Positions 25,101-31,100 of a stretch of 64,000 nucleotides of DNA are shown piece after piece. Source of the DNA: Rebecca billardiae RCC1528 (taxonomy: Eukaryota; Protista; Haptophyta); assembly GCA_965240325.2 (NCBI GenBank), contig OZ251248.1:806001-870000 (forward strand), read 5' to 3'. Below the pieces are notes generated by a model. That model did no database searches and was not told the DNA's origin. It saw nothing but the letters and a program-made list of their open reading frames with translations. Every line of letters begins with the position of its first letter. Position 1 is the stretch's first letter. A program made the translations under genes and the position numbers.

Positions 25101-28100
25101 CCCGCGCCCAGCACGCAACCTCTTGAGATCTCGCTGAGCGGCGGCGCGCCCCTGTCGACCACGGCGTCAGGCGTCGGCTTCAGCACGTTTGGAGAGGCCT
25201 CGCTCTCCGCCGTCTCGCCCGCGCGCGGCGACGCGAACGGCGGCACCGACGTGACGCTGAGCGGCGCCGGGTTCGACGCGCTGCGCGGCGGCGCGCTCGT
25301 GCGCGTGCGCTTCGGCGCGGCGCTCGCCGACCCGCCGACCCACGTGAGTAACACGAGTATCGTCGTGCGCACGCGATATGGCGCGGAGGGGCCGGCGGTG
25401 GTGTCCATCGCGCTGAACGGCCGGCAGTTCTTCGCGCCCGCCGCCGCGCCGGGCTTCGAGTTCGTCGGGCTGCACGCGCCGCGGCTGCTCTCTGCGGCGT
25501 TCAACGCGGAGGCGACGGCGCTGCTGCTGCGCTTCGACGCGCAGCCGACCGACCGCGCGGGCATGGGAAGCGCGGTGGGCGCGTGCGCGACGGTGCTCGA
25601 CGACGCGACGCTCGCGATCGTCGCGGGTGGCGCCGGCCGCGCCGCGAGCGCGCCGCCGCAGTGCTACTGGGCGGACGACTCGACGCTCGTCGCGCAGCTG
25701 AGCGCGCGCACCGCCGTCGCGCCCGGCTCGCGCATCGGCGTGCGCGCCGCCGCGCTCCGGCCGGCGCTGTGCGGCGAGCCGTGCGCGGCCGCGCTGGCCT
25801 CGGGCGCAGAGGCGGCGACCATCGACGCGGACGCGCCGTGCGGCGAGGGCGTGCCGTGCCCGTCGCCCGTCGCGGTAATCCGCGGCCCCGCCTCCGTCTC
25901 GGCGTGCCCCTACGCGCCGCTCCAACTTGACGGCACCGCCTCGTCCCGCGGCGGCATCAAGCCACCGGCGTTTGCGTGGCGCGTCGACCCGACGCGCTCG
26001 GCGCGCGCGACGTCGCTCAACGCGAAGCTCGCGGCGCTGCCCGCGCGCACGCCGGTACTCTCGCTCGGCGGCGGCTCGGCCGACTCGGGCCAGCCGCCCG
26101 AGCTGGGCGTCACCGGCGAGTTCGTCTTTGCGCTGCAAGTGACGTCCTTCCTCGGTGTCGTGTCGGCACCGGCCGAGTGGCGCGTGGCGCGCGGCGCGGG
26201 CGCGAGCCCGCGGCTGCAGATTGACGGCGCGCCGGAGCTGACGGCGCGCGCGGGCGCGGAGACGCACGTGATCGGGCTCGCGGCGCTCGCGCCGTGCTGG
26301 CCCGACTCGTTCGAGCCCGGGATGCGCTTCGAGTGGTCCCTGCTCGGCGTAGCCGAGAGTGCAAGTGGCGCCGCGATCGAACTGGGCGACGCTGCGGCCG
26401 CGGGCGTTCGCCTCCCGGCGCTCGCCGACGAGACGGCGGCGTCGTTGCTGCTCCCGCGCTTCTCGCTGTCGGCCGGGTACACGTACACGCTGCAGCTGCG
26501 CGCGTCGATGCTCGCGGCGCCGGCGCAGGCGGCGAGCGCGAGCGTGCGCGTGCTCGTGGCGCCGCAGCCCCTCCGAGCGGTCGTCGCGGGCGGCGACCGA
26601 CGCGTGCCCACCGACAACACGCTCGTGGTCGACGCGTCGGCGTCGTTCGACCCCGACGACGCGAGCGGCGCGGAGGGCGAGGCGGCCGGCCTTGGCTTCG
26701 CGTGGGCTGTGAGCAACGGCACCGCGCCCGGCGGCGCGCCGGTGCCGCTGCCGCCCGGCGCGGTCAACACCTCCGGTTCCATCTTCACGCTCGCCGCGCG
26801 CGCGCTGTTTCCGGGAAACTACCGGCTCTCGCTCGTCGTCTCGAAGGCGGGGCGCGAGCCGGCGGCGGAGGCGGTTGGCCTCGAGGTGGTGGCGGGCGCG
26901 GTGCCGACGATCCAGTTCGAGCCGCTGCGGCTGCCCAAGTACGCGTCGGTCTTCGAGCGCAACACGCAGCGCCTCGCAATCGAGACACGGCTCGACGCCG
27001 CTTCGCTCGAGGCTGAGGCTCGCGGGTTCGTTACTTTCCGTTACACCTGGTCCGCGCACCGCGTGGGCGCGCTCGGCGCGCTCGAGGACGCGGGGCTGGA
27101 GCTGGGCGACAGCGGCGCGGTGACGACCACCGGCGCGGACAGGCCGACGCTCGCCTTCCGCAGCGGCGTCCTCGCGCCGGGCGCCGTGTACTCGTTCCGC
27201 CTCCGCGTCATCGGCGGACTGCAGGACGCTCAGGGAGAAGTGACCGTCACCATCAACCGCCCGCCGTTCGGCGGCTCGCTCGAGGTGGCGCCGCCGGCGG
27301 GTGTGGCGCTGCTCACGACGTTCGAGCTGCGCGCGGACGGGTGGACGGACGACGACGCGGACGACCTGCCGCTCAGCTACGCCTTCACGCACGCGCCGCG
27401 CGCCTCCGCGGCCGCGCCGAGCGCCGCGGCGGCCGACGCCGCTGCCTCCACATCGCTGGGCGCCGCCTCGAGCGCTCCCGCCGCGGACGTGCTTCTGCCC
27501 GTAGGCAACCGGACGCTGCGCGTGCGCGTGACGGACGCGCTGGGCGGCGCGGCGGACGCCGAGGCGGACGTGTCCGTCGCCACGCCCGACGCGCTCTTCG
27601 CCTCGCCCGCCGGCGCGGCCGGCGGCTCGGCCGCCAAAGATCGCGCGGGGGCAGACGCCGCGCTCGCAGACGCGCTCACGCGCGCGCGCGCGGCGGTCGC
27701 GACGGGTGCGACCGCGACGGCCAACCAGCTGGTGAGCGCGCTCGCGGGTATCCTGGACGAGACGCCGGCGGGCGCGAACGCGAGCGAGGCGAGCGCGGTC
27801 GTGGGCGAGCTCCTCGCCGTCACGGCCGCCGCCGCGGCCATGGGCGGTTCACAAACCGCCGAGTCGCGCGCGGCGACGGCGGTCGCGCTCGCGAGCGTGC
27901 TCGGCGGCGGCTCTCGCGCGCTCAGCGCGGGCGCGCAGCTGAGCGGGTTGTCGCAGGTGGCGGCGCTCGCGGCGCAGTCGGTGGGCTCGGGCGTGGACGC
28001 CTCGACCGCCGCCTCGCTGCTCAGCGCCACCGACGCCGCGCTCGGCGACGCAAGCACGCCGCTCGGCGCCGCTGACGAGGCCGCGCTGGGCGCGGCGGCG

Positions 28101-31100
28101 ACGCAGGCGGTGAGTTCGCTGGCGCGCGCGCTGCTCGCCGGCTCCGTGGTCGGCGAGGCGCCGTTCGAGGCGGTGGCGGCGGCGGTGAACGTCTCCGCCA
28201 CGCGGGTGCCCGCGGCCGACGTGTCCAACGCCACGCGCCCCGGCCCCGGCGGCGGCGGCTCCGTCACGCTCCCCTCGACAGTCCTCAGCGCGGTGCCATC
28301 TGAGTTCATCACCGCGGGTGTGGACCTCGTGTTATGGAGCGTGGCGCGCAACGTGCACGGGGACCCGTCGGCGCAGGCGAACGGCTCGAGCTACGGCGCG
28401 GGGCTGGCGACGCCGGTGTTCTCCGTCTCGCTCTTCGCCGCGGGCGCGCCCACCGCGCTCACCATCGCCGGACTCTCGCCGAGCACGCCCATTCTGCTCG
28501 AGGTGCCTTTTTCGGATGGCGGCGGCGGCGGCGCGGGCGGCGCGGCGCTCGGCGCCCCCGGGACGGGCGATGGCGGCGGCGGCGGCGGCGGTGAGTACGC
28601 GTGCGTGTGGTGGGACACGTACAGCAGCTCGTGGGTGGGCGACGGGTGCGAGGCGGTGCTCGCGCCCTCCGCGCTCACGGGCCTCGTCGCGCAGCACTGC
28701 GCGTGCACGCACCTGACCGACTTTGCGGGTGTCGTTGTTCCTGACACGGCCGAGGGAGCGCGGGACGAGGCGGCGTCGTTCTCATTGAACACCCTCTCGA
28801 CCGACGACCTGGCGGCGGCGGTGGGCGCGGGCGGGCCGGTGCTCGAGCGCAACCCGTACATCTTCTGGCTCGTCATCGCCATCGCCGGCGCCAACTTCCT
28901 CTCCGTCCTCGCCCTCGGCGCGCGAGATCGGCGCGAGATCATATCTCGGCGCGCCAAGATTGACGCGCTGCTGAGGCGCACGCCGGGGCTCACGCCTCGC
29001 GGCGCGGCGCGCAGGGCGAGCGCGCTGCCGAGCGGCCGCGCGGCGGTGCGGCAGGCGGCGGAGGACGCGCTCTTCGGCGTCCGCCCCGCGCGCGCCTCCG
29101 AGCGCGCCTCCTCCGCCTCGTACTCCGCCGCAGCCGACCCGAACTCGACGCGGCGCGACGCGGCCGAGAGCGCTGCGGTCGCGCTCGGCGCCGCACCGGA
29201 CAAGACGATCGCGGACAAGCTCGAGGAGCGGCTGGACGAGCTGGACGACTACGTGGAGGCGCAGCGGCGCGCGGCGGCGGCCACGCTGCAGCGCATCGCG
29301 CGCGGCCGGCGCACGCGCCGCGAGGTCGACGCCGCGCGCCCGGAGATCGAGGGACCTTCGAAGGCGCGGTTGCGCGCCGCCGACCGCTCGAGCGATCACG
29401 CGCTCACAAAGCTGGTACGAATGATCGGCATGCGGATTAGCGCCGACCACTCGCTGCTCGGGATGTTCTTCTCGGACTCGGAGGAGGCGCGCCGCGCCGA
29501 GCTCGCGCAGATCTTCTGGAACACCGCGCTCCTCGGCCTCCTCATCACCTGTCTCCTCTACTCGGGCGGCAGCGGCCCGCCGACCTCGGGGCCTCCGAGC
29601 GTGAATTTAATTGGGGCGCTGTTGACGGCTCTGTTCACGACGGCGCTGAGCGTGCCCGCGCTGCTGCTGTACCGCGCGATCTACCGGTGGGGCTACGGCC
29701 GCCGCGCCGCGCCGCTCTCCAAGCGCATCTTCGCCGCCTTCCTCCACGCCGAGCTCGAGCAGCGCGCGCGCCGCCGCTCGCCGTTCGCTTCGGCCGTGCG
29801 TCACTCCGTCAAGACGGGCGCGTGGTCCCTCTCGCCCCACTCGAGCTTCTCGCTCACGCGCAAGTTCTCGGACCGGCGCGGGGAGGGCGGCGAGGCGCTG
29901 CGCGCCGCGGCGCCCTTCGACCTCGCGCTCGCGCGCCTGCGCGCCGGCACCGTCGCGCCCGAGGGCGCGGCGCCGGCGGGCGCGGGCGCGCCGGGCGCGC
30001 AGCCTCCGGTGCCACCGCCGCCGGTGCCGCCGCCGCCGCCGACGGCCGGCCCCGCCGCCGGCGGCGGCAGCGGCGCGCCCGAGGCGGCCGGCGCGCCGAG
30101 CCGCGTGCGCGTCGGCGCGTGGGGACCGGCGGCGGGCGCGCCCGCCGCGCGGCTCCCGCCCTCGCCGCGCTCGGCCTTCAACGCCGGAGCTACGCCGGGC
30201 GCGGCGCCCGCGGCCGCGCCCGCGGCCGCGCCCGCCGCCGCGCCCGCCGCCGCCGCCGCCGCCGCCGCGGTCGCCGCGCCGCCGCCGGGCGCGGGCGCGC
30301 GCGCCGCCGCCGCCGCAGCTTCGCCGCTCGCGTTCCCCGGCGCGCGGCGACTGAGCGACGGCGCCGCCATCTCGCCGCCGCAGCCGCCGCGCCCGCTGCC
30401 GCGCCCGGCGCGGCCTCTGCCTCGGATCGCCGGCGGCGGCGCGGGCGCGCGCGCCGACCCTGGCGCGGGCTGCACGTCCGCCGCGGCGGCGCGCGCCGCG
30501 CGCATCGACGCGCTGCTACGGGAGACGAACGCGTTCTGCAACCCCACAGCCTCGACCTCGCTCGCCTCCGTGGCGGGCGTGGCGCAGCCCGCCGCCGTCG
30601 CGCCCTCCAGCTTCACGCGGCGCGGCGCGCCGCTCGACTCGGCACGGTCCACGTCCAGCACCGGAAGTTTCCGGAGACTTCCGCCTCTCGAGCGGAGCCA
30701 GGCCAGCCAGGCACGGGGCTCCGCGCACGGGCTCGCGCCGGTCGTGCCCGAGTCGCGCGTGCCCACGGCGGACGCCGCCGCGGCGCACGGCGCCGCGCCG
30801 CCGCCGAGCCACGAGCCCGCGCGCGGCAGCGGCGGCGAGGCCGCCTCGGCTGCGCCGCTGGCCGCGAGCGGCGCGCCGCCGGCGGGTGCGACGACGCCAG
30901 CCGCCGCAGTAGCCATGGCGGCGGCGGGCGCGGCCGAGCCCGCCGCGGCGCGCCCGGGTCGTGGCGCGGGCGTGGCCGCGACGTCGGCGGTGGCGGGGGG
31001 CGTGCCCACGCCCGTCGCCGAGGCCGCGCGCGCCTCGTCGCCGCCGCGCCGCGCCGCGCACCCTCACTCGCCGCCGCTGGCCGCGCTCCGGTCGGGCTTG